Shown: positions 1 to 8,158 of the stretch, piece by piece
How positions within the stretch are numbered: the stretch's first letter is position 1
Layout of the letters: each line of letters starts with the position of its first letter
Assembly: GCA_020432765.1 (NCBI GenBank)
Contig: JAGRDI010000025.1
Location: forward strand, 1-37,914
DNA: 37,914 bases
DNA from: Anaerolineales bacterium
GTDB taxonomy: Bacteria > Chloroflexota > Anaerolineae > Promineifilales > Promineifilaceae
Reading direction: 5' to 3'
Notes under the pieces: generated by a model
The model's input: only the letters and a program-made list of their open reading frames with translations
What the model was told of the DNA's origin: nothing
Database searches by the model: none
Position numbers and translations under genes: made by a program

Positions 1-8
1 AACTTAAT

Positions 9-35
9 TTGTAACCATCCAACAAACGGTATAAT
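9..35 (+). promoter_or_regulatory. Candidate sigma70-like promoter upstream of ettA (-35 TTGTAA 9-14, -10 TATAAT 30-35)
   Basis: The TATAAT hexamer is perfect, but the spacer is only 15 nt and the -35 is weak. The -10 ends 8 nt before the ATG at 44, which would imply a leaderless or near-leaderless mRNA. The real promoter may lie upstream of the window. Confidence 0.25.
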
Positions 36-43
36 AGGGACTT

Positions 44-1729
44 ATGAGTGACGACAAAAAAGTAATCTATTCGATGATGGGCGTTGGCAAAGTTGTACCG
101 CCCAATAAACAAATTTTACGCGATATTTCGCTTTCCTATTTTTATGGCGCGAAAATCGGCGTGCTGGGTCTCAATGGTGCCGGCAAAAGTACGCTTTTAC
201 GCATTATGGCAGGTGTAGACGAGGATTTCCTGGGTGAAACGGCCGTTTCACCCGGCTTCACAATCGGTTACCTTGAACAAGAACCCCAACTTGACGAAAG
301 CAAAACAGTGCGTGAAATCGTTGAAGAAGGCGCACAAGACGTGGTCGATGCATTAACCCAATTTGATACGCTAAACGCCAGGTTTGCCGAACCCATGACC
401 CCTGAAGAAATGGATGCATTGATTGAAAAACAAGGCAAACTGCAAGACAAGCTCGATCATATGAATGCCTGGGACCTTGACAGCCGCCTCGAATTAGCAA
501 TGGACGCCTTGCGCACGCCGCCGGGAGAGGTTCCCGTTTCCGTCCTATCCGGAGGTGAACGCAGACGTGTGGCATTGGTGCGCTTACTGCTCAAATCCCC
601 TGATATCTTGCTGCTCGATGAACCCACCAACCACCTTGACGCCGAATCGGTCGCCTGGCTGGAACGACACCTGCAAGGATATGCCGGCACCGTCATCGCC
701 GTTACCCACGATCGTTATTTCCTCGACAATGTCGCCGGTTGGATTCTAGAACTCGACCGCGGTTATGGCATCCCTTGGAAAGGGAACTATTCATCATGGC
801 TCGCACAAAAACAACAGCGTCTGGCCGAGGAGAAGAAACAAGAACAAGCGCGTATGCAAACGCTAGAACGCGAATTGGATTGGATCAACATGTCGCCCAA
901 AGGACAGCGTGCTAAATCCAAAGCACGTATTAAATCCTATAACAAGCTGCTGCAAGAAGGACGTGACAAATCCATCGACGATTTGGAAATCTACATTCCA
1001 CCAGGACACCGACTGGGCGATATCGTCATCGAAGCCAACCATATCAGCAAGAGTTATGGCGAAAATTTACTTTATGAAGATTTAAGCTTCAACTTACCTC
1101 CGGGTGCAATTCTAGGCATCATTGGTCCGAATGGTGCCGGCAAAACCACCTTATTCCGCATGATCGTCGGACAGGAAGAGCCAGATGCCGGCACATTGCA
1201 GGTTGGACAATCAGTTAAACTGGCCTATGTCGATCAAAGCCGCGATACGCTTGATGCAAATAAAACTGTTTGGCAAGAGATTTCAGATGGGGAAGACAAT
1301 TTGCAGTTAGGCACACGCAAGGTTAATTCAAGAGCGTATGTCGGCCGTTTCAATTTCAGCGGCTCTGACCAACAAAAGAAGGTCGGCATACTTTCTGGCG
1401 GCGAGCGTAACCGCGTCCATCTAGCCAAAATGCTCAAATCCGGTGCCAATTTGCTGCTGCTCGATGAGCCGACCAACGATCTAGACGTCAACACCCTGCG
1501 TGCTTTAGAGGAAGCTTTAGAGAATTTTGGCGGATCGGCCGTCATCATCTCGCATGATCGTTGGTTCCTGGATCGCGTGGCCACCCACATTTTGGCTTTT
1601 GAAGGTGATAGTCAGGGATTTTGGTATCCCGGCAATTACAGCGAATATGAGGAAGATCGCCGCCGTCGACTCGGGGCCATCGCCGACCGGCCGCATCGCA
1701 TCACCTACCGCAAATTGCGCCGCGACTAA
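44..1729 (+). CDS. ettA: ABC-F family ATPase, energy-dependent translational throttle EttA
   Basis: 561-aa ORF with two ABC cassettes and no TM domain. Walker A GLNGAGKST and GPNGAGKTT, signatures LSGGERRR and LSGGERNR. The N-terminus VIYSMMGVGKVVPPNKQILRDISLSYFYGAKIGVLGLNGAGKS is typical of EttA/YjjK. Confidence 0.93.
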   Translation: MSDDKKVIYSMMGVGKVVPPNKQILRDISLSYFYGAKIGVLGLNGAGKSTLLRIMAGVDEDFLGETAVSPGFTIGYLEQEPQLDESKTVREIVEEGAQDVVDALTQFDTLNARFAEPMTPEEMDALIEKQGKLQDKLDHMNAWDLDSRLELAMDALRTPPGEVPVSVLSGGERRRVALVRLLLKSPDILLLDEPTNHLDAESVAWLERHLQGYAGTVIAVTHDRYFLDNVAGWILELDRGYGIPWKGNYSSWLAQKQQRLAEEKKQEQARMQTLERELDWINMSPKGQRAKSKARIKSYNKLLQEGRDKSIDDLEIYIPPGHRLGDIVIEANHISKSYGENLLYEDLSFNLPPGAILGIIGPNGAGKTTLFRMIVGQEEPDAGTLQVGQSVKLAYVDQSRDTLDANKTVWQEISDGEDNLQLGTRKVNSRAYVGRFNFSGSDQQKKVGILSGGERNRVHLAKMLKSGANLLLLDEPTNDLDVNTLRALEEALENFGGSAVIISHDRWFLDRVATHILAFEGDSQGFWYPGNYSEYEEDRRRRLGAIADRPHRITYRKLRRD

Positions 1730-1889
1730 AACAAGTAAAGCCATGGCAGTGAAATCAAGCAACCCCTATCGCAAACAATTCCCTTTTAATCACTTTTGGC
1801 TTGTTTCTTGTCGGTAATGATATTTGGTTACGAAAAAAGGCTTCAACAAATACTTCGAGAAACTCAGCACAAGTTTAGGAAGGAACTAA

Positions 1890-2885
1890 TTGAGCGAAAA
1901 ACTTTATCCACTTTTATTTGAACCTGTATTGAAAGATTATATCTGGGGCGGACGCACTTTTGAACAACTCGGCCGCACATTGCCGGCAGAAGGTGTGATT
2001 GCGGAAAGCTGGGAAATCGCCGGACATGATGACGGCACGACACGGGTTGTTAACGGCCGTTTCGCCGACAAACTGCTCACAGAAGTCCACGCTGAATTAG
2101 GAGTAGACCTGATCGGCACAAGCAATGCCTGGGCACAAGATCGTGGCAAATTCCCCCTCCTGATCAAACTACTCGATGCCAACAAGCCGCTTTCCGTACA
2201 GGTACATCCTCAAGATGAATATGCACTGGCCAACGAAGGTAATGAGTTGGGCAAAACCGAAATGTGGGTTGTGCTGGACGCCAAACCAGGCGCTAAATTG
2301 CAATTAGGTGTGAAGGCAGGCACGACGGCAGCAGCCTTTAGGACAGGCATCGAGAACGGCCGTTTAGAACCCTATTTACATTACATCCCCGTGCAAGCAG
2401 GTGACCACGTATGTGTACCCGCCGGCACGCTGCACGCCATAATGGACGGCATCCTCATCGCCGAAATTCAACAAAACTCCAATACCACCTACCGTGTTTA
2501 TGATTGGAATCGTTTGGGTCACGACGGCCAGCCACGGCCGTTACATATCAACAAAGCATTGGATGTGATCAATTTTGAGCAAGTTGAACCCGCGATTTGC
2601 CCTGCTACGCTCATCAGCAACGAAAAGGGAGTACAACGCGAACTGCTGTGCCAAAATGAATACTTCGTCACTGAACGGGTCACTTTACAAGCGGGAGCCA
2701 CATTTGATGGCAATTGTGATGGCACGACGTTCGAAATTTGGGGTGTTCTTAACGGCGCAGTCACCATCAATGCACAAAAACTAGCGGCGGTTCAATTCAC
2801 GCTGCTGCCGGCTAAATTAGGGCTTTTTAGGGTGACGGCCGTAGACAAAACAACTTTGCTGCGCACATATGTCTCAGAACAATAA
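1890..2885 (+). CDS. manA: Class I mannose-6-phosphate isomerase (cupin fold)
   Basis: 331-aa ORF with a TTG start preceded by AGGAAGGA. It carries LYPLLFEPVLKDYIWGG, LSVQVHP, GKTEMW and PAGTLHA, which are typical of bacterial type I PMI. Confidence 0.85.
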   Translation: MSEKLYPLLFEPVLKDYIWGGRTFEQLGRTLPAEGVIAESWEIAGHDDGTTRVVNGRFADKLLTEVHAELGVDLIGTSNAWAQDRGKFPLLIKLLDANKPLSVQVHPQDEYALANEGNELGKTEMWVVLDAKPGAKLQLGVKAGTTAAAFRTGIENGRLEPYLHYIPVQAGDHVCVPAGTLHAIMDGILIAEIQQNSNTTYRVYDWNRLGHDGQPRPLHINKALDVINFEQVEPAICPATLISNEKGVQRELLCQNEYFVTERVTLQAGATFDGNCDGTTFEIWGVLNGAVTINAQKLAAVQFTLLPAKLGLFRVTAVDKTTLLRTYVSEQ

Positions 2886-2941
2886 TATGGGGATAGGTCA
2901 GAAACCCAACAGTTGATCGGATGCTTTTTTTGCGCGATTTA

Positions 2942-2970
2942 TGCCAATCGTCCAGTAAGAACGATTGGCA
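2942..2970. terminator. Perfect 10-bp hairpin between convergent manA and the FG-GAP gene (possible U-tract-poor terminator)
   Basis: TGCCAATCGT (2942-2951) pairs with ACGATTGGCA (2961-2970) around a 9-nt loop. No clear T-run follows on either strand. Confidence 0.35.
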
Positions 2971-2987
2971 AAATCAACTGAACGCTT

Positions 2988-5462
2988 TTATTGATGCACA
3001 ACCAACGGGAAATATATCTTATACATGCCTTGAGGTACAGGTGTTACCGTCGGTGTCACATTGGGTGCAGGTGTTGAAGTAACTGTGGGGACAGCCGTTG
3101 AAGTAACAGTGGGTGTAGGCGTCGGCTCAGTTGGACAATCCTGTGATAGATTTTCATATAACAGAACCTGGTTGTGCGTCCAACCAATAGAAATAATATC
3201 GAGATCACCATCATTATCAATATCGACCGTCTGCGCGCCATCATGATGTTCATCACCAGTATACACAGTATGTGAACGCCAAGAACTGCCGAAGCCATCC
3301 ACGTTTTCATAAACCAACATTTGAGCCGCTTCTGGGTTTTCAATGTTGTGTTCGCCAACAATGACATCTAAATCATTATCCCGATCCATATCAGCAACAT
3401 CCAGGCTCATTGCAGCAATATTAGGGGCAATAATATGTTCGGCCCAAGTATCGGTGGCAATCTGCGGCTGCGCATACCAGGCTAATTTGCCGGGCTGGTT
3501 GACCGGTTCATAACCAACGACAGCATCCAAACGGCCGTCTTGATTAACATCTGCCAATCTGTTGCGATCTGGACTTTCTGTAGTATTGAAAACCGTAAAG
3601 GCTGTCCAGGGACCAGAACTTTGTGCTTCTGGCGAGGCATCATTGCGCAACCAAACCGTACCTAATAACAAATCGATATCGCCATCCCGATCAATATCGG
3701 CAGCACTCAAATCTTCATTTTGAGTCGCAGCTGAGATCGATTGCCATGTCCAAGATGAGGCCTCTGGGTCGGAAGGCAGCGTAAGCATCTGCACACTTTG
3801 TTGTGTCGAATGATGCCACGAAAGCCCCACTTCAGTTGCCGCACCAGCTTGAAACGCAGCTGCTGCGGCACCTTGCAAGAAGGTACCATCACCACTGGTG
3901 ATATTGGTGAGAATCGTGAAATTCCCGCTGCCATCATTTTGTCCCCAGGCAAAATTGCTGTTATCAGAGGAACCTTCTCCCTGAGTACCCAAAATGTCGA
4001 TGTCACCATCTTGATCAAAGTCATACAACGCAGCCATATTATTCAGCGGTGTGCCAATTGTATGACGTATCCAATCGCCGCCAGAAATGCCCGGATTTTG
4101 ATACCACCAACCACCACTGACCACATCGGCCAGATCATCCCCATTCAAATCTGCCGACAAGACAAAAATCGCACGCCACGGCCGTTCTGCATCGATGACA
4201 TGACGCTGCCATTGGTCAAGCCCTGTATCACAGGTAATCAATTCATTGATCCAAATATCCAGGCGCGGGGTTTCCCAATTAAATGGTTTGCCAAGAATAT
4301 CCAGGTCGCCATCCCCATCCAGGTCTCCGAGACGCGATTCATGGTTACCATAGCCGGTAGCGACATCGCTGACAGTGAAATTACCATTACCATCACCCAA
4401 TAAAATCCAGAAACCAGCATCAGGATTTTCGTTATCAAGACGCATTTCGGCTAAGAAAATATCCAGGTTGCCATCCAAATCGACATCACCTAGCCGCAGC
4501 GAATGACCGTGATCAATATCAAAATCGAATAAATCATGGCTAATCCAACTGCTGCCATCCCATTCATACCATTTATACGGACCACTCGCATCACCCGGAC
4601 CAAAAACAATCTCAGGCAGGCCACCAGCGATCAATTGTCCGACAGCAACACGCGCAAAGCGTTGACTGTCGTCAATAATATGGGCAGTGTAATTTGTGCC
4701 GCCGGTATGTTCGAACCAACGTCCGCCACCAATGATGTCGATTTTGTTGTCACCATTTAGGTCTGCCTGGGCGAACCCTTCCAACTCAGGTGTACCGCTC
4801 CAAGTGTAAATGGGGGTGTATGACCAGGGCTGTGTTGTGTGTGGGTCTGCCGGAATTTCAGCCAAGAAAAGGGTGAATGCCTCCTGATTCCAGAAAACGA
4901 GTTCAGCCTGGTTATCGCCATCAAAGTCCCCAAACATCTGATCATGATGTTTGAGTGCGCCACTATCTTTTATCAGACGACGGGTCCAATTAATATCGGG
5001 GTCAAATGTTGGATACGGATTTTCCCACCACCAAACCTGGTTCGAACTGCCGTCACCTCCCATGACAATGTCCAGATCACCATCGTCATCAATGTCGTAG
5101 TAATCACCGCCAGCCTCAAGGGTGAGTGGATGAGATTCGATGGTGTACCTTTGCCAGCCCGTTTCATTGCGTTGGTACCAAACGAGGGTAGGGTCGGGAA
5201 AATAACGGTTGCCGATGACAAAATCCTGCAAGCCATCTTTGTCAATGTCCAGAATGAGGGTAGAAGATTGTTGTACACTGGTACCCGGTAGGGGTAGATC
5301 ACCGTTTGCCGTTGAAAGGTGGGTCCATGTAAGGGTTGTGGGGTGGTTAGCTTGAGGAGATACGGCCGTTTCTAAAGCCGAACCTCCTCCTGAAAAACTT
5401 GTTACAAAAACAAGCAATATAATACTTAATCCAATCAGCAATAATTTCATAAAATCGTTCAT
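2988..5462 (-). CDS. Secreted FG-GAP/VCBS-repeat (integrin-alpha-like beta-propeller) protein with a C-terminal Pro/Thr linker and short hydrophobic tail
   Basis: 824-aa ORF with AAGGTG 6 nt upstream of the ATG and an N-terminal hydrophobic signal/anchor (MKLLLIGLSIILLVFVTSF). It has many D-x-D/N-x-D-G-x-x-D Ca-binding style repeats (DIDKDGLQD, DIDDDGDLD, DFDGDNQAE, DLNGDNKID, DVDLDGNLD, DLDGDGDLD, DFDQDGDID, DIDRDGDID, DVNQDGRLD, DMDRDNDLD, DIDNDGDLD). The C-terminus is a PT-rich stretch followed by MYKIYFPLVVHQ. Confidence 0.85.
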   Translation of the reverse strand: MNDFMKLLLIGLSIILLVFVTSFSGGGSALETAVSPQANHPTTLTWTHLSTANGDLPLPGTSVQQSSTLILDIDKDGLQDFVIGNRYFPDPTLVWYQRNETGWQRYTIESHPLTLEAGGDYYDIDDDGDLDIVMGGDGSSNQVWWWENPYPTFDPDINWTRRLIKDSGALKHHDQMFGDFDGDNQAELVFWNQEAFTLFLAEIPADPHTTQPWSYTPIYTWSGTPELEGFAQADLNGDNKIDIIGGGRWFEHTGGTNYTAHIIDDSQRFARVAVGQLIAGGLPEIVFGPGDASGPYKWYEWDGSSWISHDLFDFDIDHGHSLRLGDVDLDGNLDIFLAEMRLDNENPDAGFWILLGDGNGNFTVSDVATGYGNHESRLGDLDGDGDLDILGKPFNWETPRLDIWINELITCDTGLDQWQRHVIDAERPWRAIFVLSADLNGDDLADVVSGGWWYQNPGISGGDWIRHTIGTPLNNMAALYDFDQDGDIDILGTQGEGSSDNSNFAWGQNDGSGNFTILTNITSGDGTFLQGAAAAAFQAGAATEVGLSWHHSTQQSVQMLTLPSDPEASSWTWQSISAATQNEDLSAADIDRDGDIDLLLGTVWLRNDASPEAQSSGPWTAFTVFNTTESPDRNRLADVNQDGRLDAVVGYEPVNQPGKLAWYAQPQIATDTWAEHIIAPNIAAMSLDVADMDRDNDLDVIVGEHNIENPEAAQMLVYENVDGFGSSWRSHTVYTGDEHHDGAQTVDIDNDGDLDIISIGWTHNQVLLYENLSQDCPTEPTPTPTVTSTAVPTVTSTPAPNVTPTVTPVPQGMYKIYFPLVVHQ

Positions 5463-5611
5463 ATTTCACCTTGTGTTTTTGATTGTCTTATTGCACGATT
5501 TTCCACCTAAAAAATCATGTTTCGTAAAAATTGTAAAATTACCATTTACCGTTTAACGTTTCGCGTCTACAATCTGCCATTCTTACAAGCTGATTAGGGA
5601 ACAAACAAGCT

Positions 5612-5995
5612 ATGAGCAACACATTTCATTTTCCTGTGCAAATCTATTATGAAGATACCGATTTTTCGGGTCTTGTTTACCATGCGAACTATCTAAAATT
5701 TTTTGAACGTGCCCGTGAGCATGCCATCGGTCGTGAAAAATTACTGCATTTATGGGATGCCGGCATCGGATTTGTCGTCTATAAAATTGAGTTGACTTAT
5801 AGTGAAGGAGCTAAATTTGGCGACATCCTTGACATTCGTTCAACTTTTGAACTTGACGGCAGCTATCGATTAAATTTTCACCAAGAGGCATGGCTGCCAG
5901 ATGGTAAAAAAGCAGCTACCAAAGGATTAATCCAACTGGTCTGTATTGATGGCAACGGCCGTCTTGTTCCCATCCCTACTGACAGCCTACCTTAG
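5612..5995 (+). CDS. Hotdog-fold acyl-CoA thioesterase, YbgC/4-hydroxybenzoyl-CoA thioesterase family
   Basis: 127 aa. The N-terminus FHFPVQIYYEDTDFSGLVYHANYLKFFERAR carries the catalytic Asp (DTD) and the family-typical YHANYL motif. Confidence 0.85.
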   Translation: MSNTFHFPVQIYYEDTDFSGLVYHANYLKFFERAREHAIGREKLLHLWDAGIGFVVYKIELTYSEGAKFGDILDIRSTFELDGSYRLNFHQEAWLPDGKKAATKGLIQLVCIDGNGRLVPIPTDSLP

Positions 5996-6020
5996 GCTGC
6001 TGCGTGTGGTTTAGCAAAAC

Positions 6021-6053
6021 AAAAACCGCCGACAAAATTATCGGCGGTTTTTA
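6021..6053. terminator. Bidirectional rho-independent terminator between convergent thioesterase and DUF1269 genes
   Basis: The stem ACCGCCGA (6025-6032) pairs with TCGGCGGT (6041-6048). It is flanked by an A-run on the left and TTTTT on the right, so each strand reads stem plus U-tract. Confidence 0.8.
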
Positions 6054-6081
6054 CTTCATTGAATAACTTAACTACGAATTT

Positions 6082-6594
6082 TTAGGCTTCAGCAGCAACT
6101 TCTTCTTCATCATGAGCACTGAATGCATCGCGCAATTTTTGCTCTTGCTCATCAGAAAGTGATGTACGCAGAACTGTTGCATCAAAATGTTCAAGCTCTG
6201 GTAAAACTTTGTCAGCAGTTACAGATTGGACCAACAGGAACAAAGCAGACCCGCCAGGTTCAATTGAAGCACCAACTTCTTTGATAAAGTTATCATCAAT
6301 ACCAATGTCAGTATATTTGCCGGCGATCGCACCCGTTACAGCACCAATAGCCAAACCCAACCAGGGAGCAAAGAAAAACAAACCAATCAACATACCCCAG
6401 AAAGCACCACCTAAAGCACCGGCACCAACCAGACTCGTTGCCTGCTTAACTTTTACTTTTCCGTCCGCATCCCGCGTCACGACAGCCGCATCTTCTAATT
6501 GAATTGTATGTTCCTTTTGCATCCGCAAAAGTGCATCACGCATCTCAGCAGCGCCTGTCGCGCTTTTGAACGTGAAAACTATCATTTCACTCAT
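6082..6594 (-). CDS. DUF1269-family membrane protein with a glycine-zipper TM segment
   Basis: 170 aa with an AAGGAGAA SD. The soluble N-terminal domain (IVFTFKSATGAAEMRDALLRMQKEHTIQLEDAAVVTRDADGKVKVKQ) is followed by the Gly-rich TM segment GAGALGGAFWGMLIGLFFFAPWLGLAIGAVTGAIAG. Confidence 0.7.
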   Translation of the reverse strand: MSEMIVFTFKSATGAAEMRDALLRMQKEHTIQLEDAAVVTRDADGKVKVKQATSLVGAGALGGAFWGMLIGLFFFAPWLGLAIGAVTGAIAGKYTDIGIDDNFIKEVGASIEPGGSALFLLVQSVTADKVLPELEHFDATVLRTSLSDEQEQKLRDAFSAHDEEEVAAEA

Positions 6595-6641
6595 CGTATT
6601 CTCCTTAAGGATAATTTTGGTTTTTAAACTACACGTATCTA

Positions 6642-6670
6642 TTTTTACAAAATTTTCTTGATTTTAGCAA
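6642..6670 (-). promoter_or_regulatory. Candidate sigma70-like promoter for the DUF1269 gene
   Basis: The minus strand reads TTGCTA (6670-6665), a 17-nt spacer, then TAAAAA(T) (6647-6641), about 50 nt upstream of the ATG at 6594. Confidence 0.35.
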
Positions 6671-6754
6671 TAAATGGTGATCAAAATGAGCGATCTTTCA
6701 AATTCCATTTAGCAACAGATCAAGAATCGCCGGCTTTACCTAATCGGCTTACAC

Positions 6755-6790
6755 AAAAAAAGGCTGCCGGTTTTTGTCGGCAGCCTTTTA
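6755..6790 (-). terminator. Rho-independent terminator downstream of the 6813..8093 gene
   Basis: The stem AGGCTGCCG (6761-6769) pairs with CGGCAGCCT (6778-6786). On the minus strand it is followed by TTTTTT (complement of 6755-6760). Confidence 0.75.
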
Positions 6791-6812
6791 ATAAACTTAA
6801 GGTTTAGTTAAC

Positions 6813-8093
6813 TCAATCAGGCCAACCTACTTCTAGCGCATGGCACATGCCACGACCAAGCCAACCATACTCAGTACCAGGTGCCGGGTTTACAATTTTC
6901 ATCACAACCGGTTCGGCGCCGGGACCACTATAATACAACACTTGTACATAAACAGATGGATAAGCAATATCGATACCTCTAATCCAACCACTGTCCTGCC
7001 AGCCATCGAGTGCATACCACTCAGCATAGACAGCACCACCAACCTCTTGTACAACGTAGAGGCCACGCATCGCTTCATCACCGGTTATGTCAAAGTTAAT
7101 ACGTAAACATGCATCTTCGCGCGGTGGCTTCGCTGTTGGCGACGGTGTTGCCGTTATCACCGGTGTCGGAGGACTTTGCGTCACAGTTGGCGGCATGTCC
7201 GTTGGTGTTATTGTTGGCGGTGGCACTTCCGTTGGCGTTTCTGTGGGCGGCACACCTATGGGTGTTTCTGTCGGCGGCACATCCGTTGGTGTCGCTGTCG
7301 GCCCTTCCGGGGTATCCGTTGGCGTCGCTGTCGGTCCTTCCGGTGTATCTGTTGGCGTTGCTGTCGGACCTTCCGGCGTATCTGTTGGCGTTGCTGTCGG
7401 TCCTTCCGGCGTATCTGTCGCGGTTGGGGTTGCCGTGGGTCCTTCTTCTGTTGGTGTAGCCGTTGGTGCTTCCGGCGTATCAGTTGGTGTTTCTGTTGGC
7501 GGTACGGCCGTTTCTGTGGCTGTAACAGTCGGTGTCGGTTGTACAATCTCAGGACATATCAGGTCTATTAAGCCGACGCTATCTTCAGCGAAAAAGACCA
7601 AATCGCCACTTTCTGGTGCGATGAACTCACCATAAACAACCATACCCTGATCAACAACTTGTACAGGAACATCGTTTATATACCAAGTATTGCGGCGATC
7701 GTCTATGTCGTCATCAATTTGCACATATTCAACGAGGCAACCAGCTTCGATATCACCAAAATCGATCGCCCCATCATATATAGTATATCCTAAAATTTCA
7801 ACATCGTTGATGCTCCAAACACGTTCACCAGCCGTTGCTTCATAGGTTGGAGGTGGTTCGATGGTATATTCAATCCAACCAGCATGTTTAACTAAAAATT
7901 CATAGCCGGGTTCAACAGTAAACGTGCCAGGGCCTTCGCCAAGCCATGTGATATCAGGCAATACATCAACCTGATGCGGAACTTCAAGTGTCAAATCGCC
8001 TACCACATCTTGTGATTGGAATGTGTTTACCCAACCAGCAATGGCTAGCATAATGATTCCAAATGCAAAAATGCCCCCTAATCTTTTAATCAT
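6813..8093 (-). CDS. Membrane-anchored or secreted hypothetical protein with a long Pro/Thr-rich tandem-repeat linker between two unassigned domains
   Basis: 426 aa with a TAGGAGG SD and an N-terminal TM/signal (GGIFAFGIIMLAIAGWV). The central ~140 aa is a PT-rich region with GPTATPTDTPE repeats. The Trp/Tyr-rich C-terminal ~100 aa shows no motif I recognise. Confidence 0.7.
   Translation of the reverse strand: MIKRLGGIFAFGIIMLAIAGWVNTFQSQDVVGDLTLEVPHQVDVLPDITWLGEGPGTFTVEPGYEFLVKHAGWIEYTIEPPPTYEATAGERVWSINDVEILGYTIYDGAIDFGDIEAGCLVEYVQIDDDIDDRRNTWYINDVPVQVVDQGMVVYGEFIAPESGDLVFFAEDSVGLIDLICPEIVQPTPTVTATETAVPPTETPTDTPEAPTATPTEEGPTATPTATDTPEGPTATPTDTPEGPTATPTDTPEGPTATPTDTPEGPTATPTDVPPTETPIGVPPTETPTEVPPPTITPTDMPPTVTQSPPTPVITATPSPTAKPPREDACLRINFDITGDEAMRGLYVVQEVGGAVYAEWYALDGWQDSGWIRGIDIAYPSVYVQVLYYSGPGAEPVVMKIVNPAPGTEYGWLGRGMCHALEVGWPD
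7291..7422. repeat. Four tandem copies of a 33-bp unit inside the PT-linker coding region
   Basis: Units at 7291-7323, 7324-7356, 7357-7389 and 7390-7422 follow the pattern GT(C/T)GCTGTCGG(N)CCTTCCGG(N)GTATC(C/T)GTTGGC and differ at only a few positions. On the minus strand they encode repeats of GPTATPTDTPE. Confidence 0.9.
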
Positions 8094-8158
8094 CGTAACC
8101 TCCTACGAAATCGCATATCGACCAAGTGTGAACGCCCTGACCAATATTTTTACTGAGT

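Noticed and set aside
1743-1817. Small 24-aa ORF (MAVKSSNPYRKQFPFNHFWLVSCR) in the ettA-manA spacer
   Set aside because: It has no SD and no recognisable motif, and it is the tail of a longer out-of-frame ORF. Evidence for coding is insufficient.
3798-4403. 201-aa plus-strand ORF, and several others, antisense to the FG-GAP gene
   Set aside because: They lie entirely within a well-supported 824-aa repeat protein on the other strand. They have no motifs and no SD, and are typical shadow ORFs.
6323-6330. Cyanobacterial HIP1 (GCGATCGC) as the iterated element or a taxonomic marker
   Set aside because: I saw only one exact GCGATCGC in the window, so it is not enriched. The iterated word here is ACGGCCGT, and the gene content does not point to cyanobacteria.
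7119-7538. Possible CRISPR-like array because of regularly spaced repeats
   Set aside because: The repeats are directly tandem (33 bp, no spacers), in frame and coding for a PT linker. No cas genes are present.
7087-7635. Stack of plus- and minus-strand ORFs (7087..7635, 7109..7459, 7176..7571, 7256..7546) with Gly/Val-, Cys/Arg- or Arg/Gln-rich translations
   Set aside because: These are alternative-frame readings of the low-complexity PT-repeat DNA of the 6813..8093 gene. Stop-free frames are expected in such repeats, and only the minus-strand PT frame has a signal peptide, an SD and flanking folded domains.
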